A DNA stretch of 63,044 nucleotides, filler included, from Lenisia limosa (taxonomy: Eukaryota > Protista > Breviatea), in assembly GCA_001655205.1 (NCBI GenBank). It is 10 parts of 10 records of this genome, joined end to end, with 100 filler letters (N's around TTAATTAATTAA, not from the genome) between each part and the next. Parts side by side here need not be neighbours in the genome. Positions count along the whole stretch, not along the records: positions 43,035 to 52,037 come from LPNZ01004696.1; positions 52,138 to 58,379 come from LPNZ01011629.1; positions 58,480 to 60,991 come from LPNZ01009581.1; 7 more parts are not named here. One strand, given 5' to 3'. The position numbers were made by a program, and so were the translations under genes. Within the stretch, counting starts at the first letter, position 1; the number at the start of each line of letters is the position of its first letter. A model generated the notes under the pieces. It saw only the letters and a list, made by a program, of their open reading frames with translations. It was not told where the DNA came from and did no database searches. Positions 46,801-58,629 of the stretch are shown here, in pieces.

Positions 46801-48320
46801 GATTGTGATGAAACATAACAATTATTTGGTTCGGCTTAATATATATCATTAGTACACTGACCGGGATAAGCCTTAACCGATTTGCTCTGTGATATCCCAA
46901 GGAAAATAGGTCAAGACTTATCCAGGTCACTGTACATGCATCTATCATTACCATTTATTTTGAAAAACCTCTCGTACCTTGATATTCTTGATAAATCTAG
47001 TAGTAAGTCACAGGTCTTTATTCACTATACAGGGACACCTCGAACTCGACAACTGTGATGTAAATGGAGGAGGATTGACCCTTCAGAAAGCAGGTGAGTG
47101 CACACCTATTAAGTTGCTATTTTCGATGTTTAACACCATAAACCTACGCTTTGCTTCAGGCACCAGTTAACTATGATGCTTAGTTTTTCCATAATCACCA
47201 TGGTATGTGGTTGGGGGCATTTCTACATATCATCATATCATATGATATAGTATATATCACATGTATATGTACTGTATATCGTTCCAGAACTTACGCATCC
47301 AGCCACCACACGTACCTATAGCACCGTCTTTAGTGACATGGCAAATGCTATTTCGATTGAAAGTGGATCTATGCTTGACTCTTCGGAAACGACCTTCACT
47401 GTGCCCTCAGGTGATGGGCTGTAGGTGTTGTGTAAATTTTATTCTTTCCAAATTATTTGAAAAATTATCCCCTTGTATTGACTCTGCTTTCTCAGAAGAT
47501 ATTTGAAGTAGTATCAATGTAACCAAAACAGACGCAGCCGCCTCGAAATGCCTCAGTGCCTACCACTCGACTGTGATCTCCAATTCCGATACCTATGTGA
47601 ACTGCGAAATACTGTAGGTTTCCCCTTGTGCTGCGATACCTTCAATTTTTGGTATTTTCGAAAATGGGTTCCGATGGTCTTACCTTTGTCCTTTTTTTTT
47701 TTTTCAAAACTTATTCCCTTAGTGCCGGGTCTATTGAAATGAGCCATGTGTCACTGCATTCTGCCAAGGTTCGATTTCAAGAGTTTATTCAATTTAATAG
47801 ATCCATGAGTATCCATTTTAATGAAAGTATTTCTTATTTAAAGTTGGGGCTACATTTATGAGAATGGATTATAGTTTCCTTTGGTAGCGTATTATGTATG
47901 TTCTTAGAGTACTTTTTCTTAATGAAACAGACAGAGAATGCCGGCGTCAATGACGTATGCACCCCAGATGCTTCGAGTTATTGCACACCATAATTCTGCT
48001 GATAGATATCTATGTATTTACTATACTCTATTGGCATCACTTCTTCGCCTTTCTGGAGGCAAAAGATACTAGCCTAACCTGGCGAAGGCTATTGTGATAT
48101 TTCTAAATAAAAAAATGCCTCTGATTCCATCACCAACCACAATGACTGTTTAATTATGTCGCCGTGGACGCATTTACAGAACAGCTTATCCATAACGCAC
48201 AACAGTTGTCAATCTAGCCATTCGAAAAAATTATTATCAGTCGAAGACATTACGATATTTGATCTCCTTGTCCCACCCAGAAGTCCAAATAACAACTTTA
48301 ACTGACCGCTTCAATATCAG
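43870..48320 (+). CDS. Multi-exon uncharacterised protein, possibly secreted with beta-helix-like repeats
   Basis: Many short exons with hydrophobic/Asn-Ser-Thr alternation (NIRFENLSFV, DCVVTVNSVSYSLVARKSQVYFYNTE, GHLELDNCDVNGGGL). Confidence 0.45.
46855..46932. mobile_element. Family C MITE, 78 bp, TA-flanked, intronic
   Basis: TA|CACTGACCGGGATAAGCCTTAACCGATTT...AAATAGGTCAAGACTTATCCAGGTCACTG|TA. Confidence 0.92.
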
Positions 48321-48613
48321 GTAAGTTTATTAGAATTCAGGTCAATACATACATGTGTCTCACCATTGCACATGGTTTCACCGAAGAATGGGTTTTGTTG
48401 ACATACTTAGGGTTGTAAATCAGCCCTAGCCTCTCACTTTAGAGGATTTTTTTTACGGAATCAAATAACAACATTAACTAACCGCCCACAAGATATAAGG
48501 TTGTAAATCAGCCCAAGCGTCTCACAATAGAGTTTCTATTTTCATAGTATCAGACATGCACCTCTCATTGACATGGGAATTGTACATAAATATTCTAGTA
48601 AATAAACTAGGAA

Positions 48614-51600
48614 TTAGAAAGACAGGAGTGTGTCGGTTTCTTTGGGCTTAGGCTTGCCCAAAACCCCTCCAATGCGCTCCACCTCGGTCATCAGCATCAA
48701 TGCATTATCACTGATACTCTGGCCTGAGTTTTGGAGGACAAGACGATCGACATTCGGCATTTCAATGAGAGTTGATTCTGGAGGGAGAAGGGGGGAGGGG
48801 TACAATAAAACAGAAAAGTCCCATAATCAACTGCTGGCAAAATATGAGAGATACTTGGGGGACTTCAAGACAATGGAAACAGGCTAATAGACATATGTAG
48901 ACACATGAAGAGTCTCAGATAGGAAACAGAAGTCAAAAATTGATATCCTTCTGAGGAAGCAAATTGAATGTCATATTGACAAAAAGGCCTCTTGCACACC
49001 TTTGCCCCATGCGGCAGCAAAAAGGAGACGAAGGAAGGCTGAGGCCTGGCTAATGAGCGTAGTGGTTCCAGGTACTAGGATGGCTTCACTCTGTGGGGGA
49101 TTTATGGGGGAACGCCTAAAAACTGATGTTGGGAAGCTTGTCACATATTAGAGCATGATACTTCGGTATAGGATGACTTTGATCTTGGTAAACAACTATG
49201 GCTTTGGTATGGCTGCCCTGCCCACTTTGAGGCGAAGAATGGTCAGACTGGCCCAAGCCTCCGACTCAATACTCAGTAAAAGAGACGACAACCGCTGAGT
49301 CACGTGGATGGCAAGACTGATGGAGGGAGGGGGGAGGGTGAGTAGAAAAAAGAGGAAGATAAATCAATGTTTGCGTNNNNNNNNNNNNNNNNNNNNNNNN
49401 NNNNNNNNNNNNNNNNNNNNNNGGTGGAGAATGCATAAAAAACAAATGCATCAAAATGCCCTGTTTGGTATTTACCCACTCTGGGTTACACGCCCTTTCA
49501 GGACAGAGGGGGCTTGACAGATCAGCGTCCTTTTGAGGAACAGGCACAAAGAAAACATTATTGTTCTAAATGGTGAGTACATTCGTTTCAAGAGGAGCTG
49601 AGGTTTCGTTTCGAATAAAACATGCTGAGTGCAGATGGAAAAACCTCCACACTTAACAGTTTTCCCCAAGAGACCATGACTCACCTCCTCAACCGCCTCT
49701 TTGTTGCCTCGTTCAATTTCCCTCAAGAGCCTCTGAATGTCATCTTCAACAGCCTCAATTTCAGGATGCGAATCTTCGTCTGAAGTCTCGCAGCCATTGG
49801 AACTGTCCCAGTCTGATGATTCCAAAGAACTGCAAAGTAATAAGGTAATGTGCAGAAAAAAATTAAGATTATTTGATCCCCCCCCCCCCTCCACCCCAAA
49901 AAACACATATTGTCACTGGAGTCAATTTGCAACTGGTAACCATAACGAAAACTGCACCAAAAAGTCAATATTCACTATTAGCAGGCATATTAGCTATAAA
50001 CCTTGCAAACCTGCTTCTGCTTCTAGACTTCTTCAGAGTGCGCCTCGTCTCGTTCACTCCGGTTCTGCGGTGTTAGGCAAGGGCAAACAGGATTAAGAGC
50101 CAGATATATAGACCAGGAATATTTCAACCTAAAATCCTTTGTGAGACACGCAAGACGTACAGCAGCTGCAAAGCACCCTTCATACATAGCGGAAAGTAGT
50201 CCCCATTTCTCAGTCTCATCAACCTGCAGAACCCCAGCAACGTCACGCACTGTTTTGAGGCAAAGTGTCGCAGTAGCAAGGGCGATGTTATCTGTTGTGT
50301 GAGAAGGTTTATTAGAAAGAAGCCACAGTAGAAGAATGCACAACCCCCAAAATCGTAACATTTCAATGCTAAAAACAGATACTCCTACCAACCTCTAGTA
50401 TTGATCGGAGAAACTGGGGTAGGGACAGCGGCAGTGGCAAGAGCTTTGGTAACGATTTCGGGTAACGTCTTTGGTAAAGGTGTCATTGGGGACGTAGGAG
50501 AGACCCTGACTTGGGCCGTGAGAGGACCGCAGAACGTGAGCACGGGAATATTACCTGGAAAGTGAAACGCTGGAAATGAGTGATATACTAAATGGTCATG
50601 TTGGGGGGGGGGGGCAAGGTATTGGCTTNNNNNNNNNNNNNNNNNNNNNNNNNNNNNNNNNNNNNNNNNNNNNNNNNNNNNNNNNNNNNNNNNNNNNNNN
50701 NCAAAAGGCAAAGCGTCAATCGCTTTGACAGCACCGCATCCCATCACCGGAATGTTGTTGGGGAACAGATCAATGGAGAAATTCATATTAGCGTAGTACA
50801 AAAAGGGGAATGTGGCTCAAAATATGAGTGGATGTTAGGGGCACCTTTAAGTCCGAAATAGACATTTCAAGAACCGTTGATGATTCGAACGCCCTTTTTG
50901 GACCGAAAATAAGAAAATGGGAATCAGAAAGCAAACCTCTCCCTTTTCGCCTTTCTTTTTTTAAAACTCATTATTTTCAGGTTTAATTATTTACCTATTT
51001 CCCCCCTACATAGCCCATCAAGACCCTGGATTGGTACAAAGTTTCTAACTCCAGATTCGCCAGAAATTACCATTCCTCCTGCATAGGTCAAGGGAGTACA
51101 TATTGATATGAATAAGCATTGGTAGGAAGCAAATGGGAGTAATAGTAGGGGAGGGAGATATAGTATGTATATTCTGAAAATAACATATGATATAAATAGC
51201 GGAATAAATATGACTACTATTTTGTGAATTTAGCCCATTATAGTATCAGAATTTTGAATTCAACTCTGTCAAGGTGGGAAAATGCTCTTGAAATATATAT
51301 GTAGCAAAAAGAGGAAAGTAAAATGGAAATGGATGACCCATCATCATACCCTGCGTAATAGTGATATGAACAGTGGTTTCATTAGGTCGAATAGCAGGCC
51401 AAAGAGTCACAGCATCTGCAGGAAGTCAAATAGGCACAGAAAATATGACATCAACTCCAAAAAAATGTGACATCAGTCAAAGTTAACTATTTGTTGAGAA
51501 ATTCAAAATAAAAAATCAAACAAGTTTGGATTTGAGAGAATAACAAGATGATATGTCTTCAATAAATGCCTTTCTAACAATCATTTGAACAATTCATTTT

Positions 51601-52015
51601 CAAAATTATGAACCCAATCAAAAAAAAAGTACAAATCTTTGGATACTCTCACGTTACTGTATTGCTAATACTTAACAGTCTGCCGCCAACATACCAGAAT
51701 AGGCGCATCCTGAGCTGAGGTCGACACCAAGCGTCACGGCATTTTGAAGGCCAATAACAGCTACATTGTGACAATGTGTAATTAAAGTGGTACAAGCTGT
51801 GCCTACTACTATTGTACTGTTTGCAACCTCTATAGGGGATCAATTCCGCTTAAATAAGACCCGTTTCATCAATAAATTCCCCAAAAATATCGATATTCCT
51901 TGATCAGTGTATAGCTCTTGCACATCCTAAGATCTCTCTTAAAATGTTCACCTTCATCTGTGGAGGCGAGCAGAGCGGGTTTGATGGGCTCAGGCTCGAG
52001 GGTGGGGGGAGCAAC
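48614..52015 (-). CDS. Multi-exon uncharacterised protein; C-terminal part weakly chaperonin (CCT/BBS)-like
   Basis: Chain of GT-AG bounded exons; LAIHVTQRLSSLLLSIESEAWASLTILRLK|SEAILVPGTTTLISQASAFLR recalls the chaperonin TILLRG..ERSLHDAL..VVPGGG segment. Confidence 0.45.
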
Positions 52016-52139
52016 CGGATCTCTCTGCTTCCTGGCGNNNNNNNNNNNNNNNNNNNNNNNNNNNNNNNNNNNNNNNNNNNNTTAATTAATTAANNNNNNN
52101 NNNNNNNNNNNNNNNNNNNNNNNNNNNNNNNNNNNNNGT

Positions 52140-55100
52140 TTAAGTAGCCATGTGCAATACAACGCACCTCTTATAAACGGATGCGGACGATGCCATAGTG
52201 CTGTACGTCTCCACTTCTTCATCTGAGTCTGAATCCCTGTAGGGTGAGAAACGCCGTGTAGTGGTTAATATGGGTTGCTTGTCTAGGACAATCAAAACAA
52301 ACAATCCCACTCCCCACTTGTTCTTCTCATAGGACCCAGGGGAGTTAGAGAGATAGAACTCAAGTTCCTTTGCCAGGGCTCGCGCCTAAGAAATAATGCC
52401 ATGTAACGAAATGTATTGAAAGCGCCATAATTATATGCTTTAACGTAATACAAGCGGCATAATTCCATGCTTTAACGTATTACAAGCGGCATAATTCCAT
52501 GTTTTAACGTATTGACAGCGCCAAAATTCCCCACTTCTTTGTCGCAATCGGCATCGAACACGGTGACAATCATGGGGGTCACGGACTTGTCGAGACGCTC
52601 TTTCGGCTCCCTTAGTCGTCTTCGGGACTTGTCGTCCTATAATGTGCGTTAGTCACGGGTATGGGGAATAACTGGTTGGTAGACTAGGGCTTCACTTCGG
52701 TTCGAAAAAGACCCGTTAAATATCGATGGTTTTCGAGGATTGTTCGATATATTCAGTCTATTTTCGAACCGAAATGAAGCCCTAGTAGTCACAGTTTGTA
52801 ATGTGTGTACATTGGACATCACCCCCCTCACTCCTTCAGAAGCCTTCAGTCGTTCCCCAAGGTACTTGGCTTTGAATCCGTCAAATAGCTTCCGGGCACT
52901 TTTCACCGCCGAGTCTTTCTCCGAAATGGCGTGTTTGCTTTCTAATGTGGTCAACATGAAGTACTAGGGATTCCCTACGGTCCGAAATAGACCGGTAAAA
53001 TATCGATATTTATCGAGAATTTATGGAGAAATTCAGTCTTTTTTAGGACTGTAGGTAAGCCCAAAGCATAGCTGAAGTGGAACTGGTCAAATACGCACCT
53101 TTTTCAAGCTCCTTACGGCACTTCTGCATTTCAAGGTATTCCTTGTTGATAGCAATGACGTCGTCGAACTGGTCGTGGTCGAAGAGGATCGTGCGGATCT
53201 TATGGTTGTTAGAATGTAAGCTTATATGTGGGTCCTCAAAGCTCCGGACATCATTCAAAATTCCCGGACAGCTTGAAGTTGACACCTTGTATTTAAGAAA
53301 CAAAATTTTGTACCCCTCGAAGTAATTGGTTCCGGGTTCCCATTTGCTTTGGCTATGTAATGGTGAATTTTGAGGAAAAAATGCTAAAAATAGCACTGTC
53401 TACAGGGGTAAACTTTCCCGGATAGTTGCCATTTATTCCTTGAATGTGGCCTTTTATAACGGTTTTTGCTTGGACCGTAAATAGAGAGCTTAGGGACTTA
53501 ATTTGGTTTTGACCCGATCATATGTTAAATTGGGGTTTCATTATTTGATTAAGATTAAGATTACTTTCAAAAACAGAAGGGAAATAGGGTTTCTGGGTGG
53601 TTTCTGGTGATTTTGTATGGAAAACTCAAGCTGTCCGAGAGTTTGATGTGTCCAGGAATTTTGAATGATGTCCGGAGCTTTGACTATACATAATATATAA
53701 TTATCACTTTAAAAGGGACGGTAGTTATTGAGAAGGAAGTGGAGAAAGAAACAGACGTTTATAAAATATATGTATTTGGAAGAGAGAATTGCTACCCCCC
53801 CCCCTCCTCCTAGCAGCTTACATCAGTAAATTCATCTTCAAACCACTGCACAATCTTCTCACGTTCTGTGTACCTAAAGTTTCATTTCCAAGAAATCCAA
53901 CACATGCAAAATTATTGCACCTCTTGAATATAATATCATACTCTACATAAAACACTATTTACATCCAGTTTCTTACATAGCCCCAACAAAATACATAAAT
54001 TCAACAATGAACAGAAAAGCCAGCCCAACTTTTGCCTCAGCTTGCTGGTGAAGTTATGCTTCTGGATATGTTTCTGAATAGCTTTGTCCACGGCCTTTGG
54101 ATGGTTAATTGTGAAACCTGACAGGGGAATACATCACATATAGTCAAGAAAATAACAGAGTTGTGACGGGTGAAACTATATTGAAATCACCACCTACATC
54201 ACGCTTCTTCTCGTAGGTTTCCTTGACATCCATCAGGGGACCGGACATATCGACGTGTCTGGGGGTGTCACATGATGATAATCAATATGCTAATGGGGCA
54301 AATGTTTGTCCCAACTAGGGCTTCACTTCGGAAAATATTGATACTTTACCAGTCTTTTTTGAACCAAAGTGAAGCCCTCTAGCGCCAACACAGCTGAGAA
54401 AAGTATGATAATCCGGACGAACCGTTGGATTCCGTACTTCTTCGAATCTTCGTCAACTTGCTCAATTAGCTCCCTGGGGGTTAAAATAATGCGATTTATC
54501 AATGTAATCACATGGAGAAACCATTTTACTTTTGTTGCACTAAAAAAACTACAATTTGGTAACATTGAAGTTCCTCTTTGTTTTCTTTGTCAAAACTCTA
54601 TAGCTAAATCACCCCCAACCCACTCGCATTCGGCTTTCTCGGCAAAGATCCTCCAAATGGCGACGTCAGCTGTCAGACTCTTCCGAAGCTATTCGCAGTA
54701 AATGGAGTCGCCTATTGCTGCTTTTCAACAGGTGTTGTGGGTGGAGAAGGGGTAGAGGGTTATTCCCACATACCTTGATAAGACTATCAGCCACAAGGCC
54801 GCAAGTGTCTCTGTCCTCCCGGTCACACGCCTTGGACGCCTGGCTACGGAGGCTGTCCCATTGTGCCACCAAATCATCGCGATAGCGCAATACCTGCAGG
54901 TCTAATAAGAAAAAAAGGTGTTAAAATGTTACCATGCCAGGAAAATTAATTCACTTTACCAACAACATAATCAACAACGAATGGCCGAACTGAGCTCCCG
55001 CCCCCTACAGCAAGCTCCGAACGAGTAGTCGTATAACCCTTAAGAGGCAGCTGAGAGCCCGTCATCGCTGCACCCTTATCCGGCATGTAGTCGTCATCAC

Positions 55101-58100
55101 TATTGTCTGGCGTTTCGAAGTTGTAACGAGCACTCTCCATATCCGCCATTTCTGCATCCACAGTACCGCTGCCACCTTCTATATAGGCCTGGGGGGTGAA
55201 GAGTTTGTATGAATGAGTGGGGATAAAGACGAATGGGGAAATTAATAAGACTGACCCTAACAAGAAAAAAGATTGCAAACCTCCTCTAATGAGCTCTTCT
55301 TCCTCTTCTTGTTAGCGAACAGGATGACACAGATGGACACAATATTGGCTGCAGCAAGAGGGGCTGCGGCACTGGAGAGATCCACTACATCAGCGGCAAA
55401 CGCTGCAGTCTGTTAACAGGCTTCACACAAAGGTCAGAACATTTTGACGTTCCTCTGATTCCAAAGGGAAGTACTTCGCAGATCCATACTGCTAATATTT
55501 GGCTAAAACCCCATCCCACCAGCAGCAAAGCAGAAGTTGAAGAGGTTGACAAAGTTAGAGAACTGTGCTATGAAGGAGAGCAGATTGATAGGAATGCCAA
55601 GTATCTTGGGGGTGAGTGAGAGTTTTTGGAACGCCATTTGTTGATCATTTAAAAAAGTTACAGAAACAAGACCCCCCCCCCCNNNNNNNNNNNNNNNNNN
55701 NNNNNNNNNNNNNNNNNNNNNNNNNNNNNNNNNNNNNNNNNNNNNNNNGATGATGTACGCCAACGTCAGGACTATGCCAACTACAGAGTTAGTGTTGATA
55801 GGACCGTGTATTGATGGCTTCATGCTACTTTTATTCAACAAACAGTAACCTGTAAAACCCAGAGTGGCTTACTAATCGCTTGGTAAAGGGGTTCGAAGAA
55901 ACCAGCAGCAAACATGAGAAATACCTGAAACAATGAGCAGGATAAGTAATTCACACCAATAAGCATTGATTCACCTCTAGTTTGTAACACAACTCTACAA
56001 AAGGCCCTCGAATCCCACCAGAGCTGCTTTGCGTCTCATATTACTGGCCTGCCACGTGGCCATATCCTCAGTGTGCGCAATGTACAGCGCTCCAGCCGAC
56101 GCCATCATATCCCGCGAACTCAGAAGCCCCTCTGCCCGAGCAGTGCCAACAACCTGGGGTGCGGGTTAGAAAGAGCTTTCGAAGAGAATCGGATCTCTCT
56201 TTTTTGAACTATCATTTAGTGCTTTGTTATTCCAAAAAAGATATTCAGCCCTTGGTATGTCCATTTACTGAACGCACTTTGTTGATTTGCCTAGGACCCA
56301 TGAGGACGAATATTGATATGATAGTGGCCGCGAAGACCAAGGCCGTTCTGGGGGGGGGGGGNNNNNNNNNNNNNNNNNNNNNNNNNNNNNNNNNNNNNNN
56401 NNNNNNNNNNNNNNNNNNNNNNNNNNNNNNNNNNNNNNNNNNNNNNNNACTCTCACTCGATCAATATCCAATATGGCCCTCCCACCTGTGGTTCTGTGAG
56501 GAGCAGTCAATAGAGGTATCATACACCATGACCCAAGCATCCGCTCCCTTTTTGCAGTTGAAGCCTTGTAGTAACTGGGCCGTGAATTAGATCGTGGAAG
56601 GGGTGTTGAATTGACGGTTCAAAGGACCCGATCAAAACGATCAAATCGACCCTCACCGTCTTAACAGTTGGCATGAAAACTCCCAAAAGTCCAAGTGTCA
56701 AAACGGCCGTGAATGCAGCAGCCTTCGTGCCAGACCTGTGTGAAGGTGAATCTTGGTATACTGTGTTGGTCTTGTCAAATGTATTGATAGATAGATTTAT
56801 CCATGAGGGGGAACAATGAGTCCCCATTGCCCACTTGAACGCACGGTCACGGGCAAGTTCGACGTCGGTTCGTGGCATGCCGCGATACACTGAGCCCAGA
56901 ATGCGGCTAAGTAGTGAGTGTGTGATGAACAAGTTGATCACGCTAGAAGTAAAAGCATGGTGAAATATAATGTTAACAGCAAGCCTGGATGAATAGCCCA
57001 TTCAGTTTAAAAGGGTTGCTAATCTAACACATATGTATAATACATCTGTTCACTAAACTGCCTGATGAACATACCTTCTACTGGAACGTTTGATTGCGGC
57101 GGTGATGTAGAGTAGAATGAAGATGAAGAGGAGGAAGCCGATAATCCCTGCAGCCTTCTTGTACCTTGAATTGAAAGTGAATTGAAATCAGGACAGTCAT
57201 AATTATTCTTATGAAATAAAACGCTCACAATTCTGAACACGAGTTAGATTTTCAAATGTGGAAATATGGTTCCATAATAAAACGGTAGTAGCCCACCAGT
57301 CGATGTCGTCAACATGGCACTCAGGGGACATTGAGGACGGTTCAAGTAGGAAGGGCCGCAAGATGTTGCTGATACTGCGGTACGATGACGGCCTAAGGGG
57401 TCAAAGCGGTGACGTATTGTTGGTCCAGGACTTGAATGAGCTATGATTCTTGTGACTGTTAGCTATGCTTCTTCTTGTGACTAGTTGTGCTTCTTCTTGT
57501 GACTAGCTTTGCTTCTTCTTGTGACTGTTAGCTTCGGTTTCGCTGACTACATCCCCCCCCCCCCCCCNNNNNNNNNNNNNNNNNNNNNNNNNNNNNNNNN
57601 NNNNNNNNNNNNNNNNNNNNNNNNNNNNNNNNNNNNNNNNNNNNNNNNNNNNNNNNNNNNNNNNNNNNNNNNNNNNNNNNNNNNNNNNNNNNNNNNNNNN
57701 NNNNNNNNNNNNNNNGCTCTGCCAAGACTCGTCTTTCCAGGCTGGGAGGTGAGAAAAGATGGGAAAACAAAGGAAAGGTCGCAGAATATGGAAATAAAAC
57801 AATTGGAAAAGACAGTTCCAGCCCTCTTACCGAAGCGCTAAACGCTACGCCAACAATGAGGATCACAAGGAACCCAATAATGGCCACGTCCCATTGGAAT
57901 GACGGACACTGGAGACAGTCGTTGTTGAACCGGTAGAAGCCATCGTCACATGTGCCGCACAAGTCTGGGGGGGGGGNNNNNNNNNNNNNNNNNNNNNNNN
58001 NNNNNNNNNNNNNNNNNNNNNNNNNNNNNNNNNNNNNNNNNNNNNNNNNNNNNNNNNNNNNNNNNNNNNNNNNNNNNNNNNNNNGGGGTTAACACTTGTA

Positions 58101-58290
58101 AACACTTTGTTGGCGGTAATGGTGAATTAAATAGAGAAACGGTTGTGATGTGTTAAGATGATAATAAAAGTGACCCCGCCCACCTCCCGTGTAACCAGCA
58201 TTACAGGTGCCGTGACACCACCATTCTGAAGGGCATTCGAGGCATGAGGCCATTCCTGGAGTGTAATAACAGAAAACAATGAACAAAAAC
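52140..58290 (-). CDS. Cys-rich ectodomain, multi-pass membrane protein with long cytosolic tail (partial)
   Basis: CLECPSEWWCHGTCNAGYTG, CGTCDDGFYRFNNDCLQCP followed by a TM helix, SMSPEC, LLQGFNCKKG...YDTSIDCSSQNH, several TM exons, then phase-consistent tail exons (CE|ELIEQVDED...FTD|IRTILFDHD...EK|ESKH). Confidence 0.65.
52413..52530. repeat. 32-bp minisatellite x3.5 directly after a 5' splice site
   Basis: AGCGGCATAATTCCATGCTTTAACGTATTACA with unit starts 52421, 52453, 52485, 52517. Confidence 0.9.
52687..52782. mobile_element. Family A hairpin MITE, subfamily alpha, intronic
   Basis: CTA|GGGCTTCACTTCGGTTCGAAAA...TTTTCGAACCGAAATGAAGCCC|TAG. Confidence 0.92.
52967..53062. mobile_element. 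Family A hairpin MITE, subfamily beta, intronic
   Basis: TA|GGGATTCCCTACGGTCCGAAATAGACCG...AGTCTTTTTTAGGACTGTAGGTAAGCCC. Confidence 0.88.
53236..53683. mobile_element. 448-bp element with 35-bp terminal inverted repeats, intronic
   Basis: TCAAAGCTCCGGACATCATTCAAAATTCCCGGACA at 53236 and its reverse complement (34/35) at 53649; no target-site duplication evident. Confidence 0.75.
54318..54377. mobile_element. Family A MITE, internally deleted, intronic
   Basis: TA|GGGCTTCACTTCGG...TGAACCAAAGTGAAGCCC. Confidence 0.85.
57447..57535. repeat. 21-24 bp imperfect tandem repeat x4, intronic
   Basis: (GCTT)CTTCTTGTGACT core repeated. Confidence 0.85.
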
Positions 58291-58629
58291 AATAAATCCG
58301 CACTTCAATGCTCTAAAAGAGATTCCCTGAGGGTTTTCAGATTATATATATATAGACATGTATACACTGTGTAGTATATNNNNNNNNNNNNNNNNNNNNN
58401 NNNNNNNNNNNNNNNNNNNNNNNTTAATTAATTAANNNNNNNNNNNNNNNNNNNNNNNNNNNNNNNNNNNNNNNNNNNNTTTTTTTTTTTGGGGGGGGGG
58501 GTGGTATCACTAGATTATCACAAACATGAAGTTCCGAATTATATCTATCGCACACGTCAAGTCCCCAATTTTATCACAAACAACTGTTCTCACGTTGATT
58601 AAATTTCATCAACGATTTTTACTCAAAAC

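Noticed and set aside
52687-53062. Family A or C as Introner elements
   Set aside because: Their termini lie tens of bases inside introns and do not coincide with splice sites
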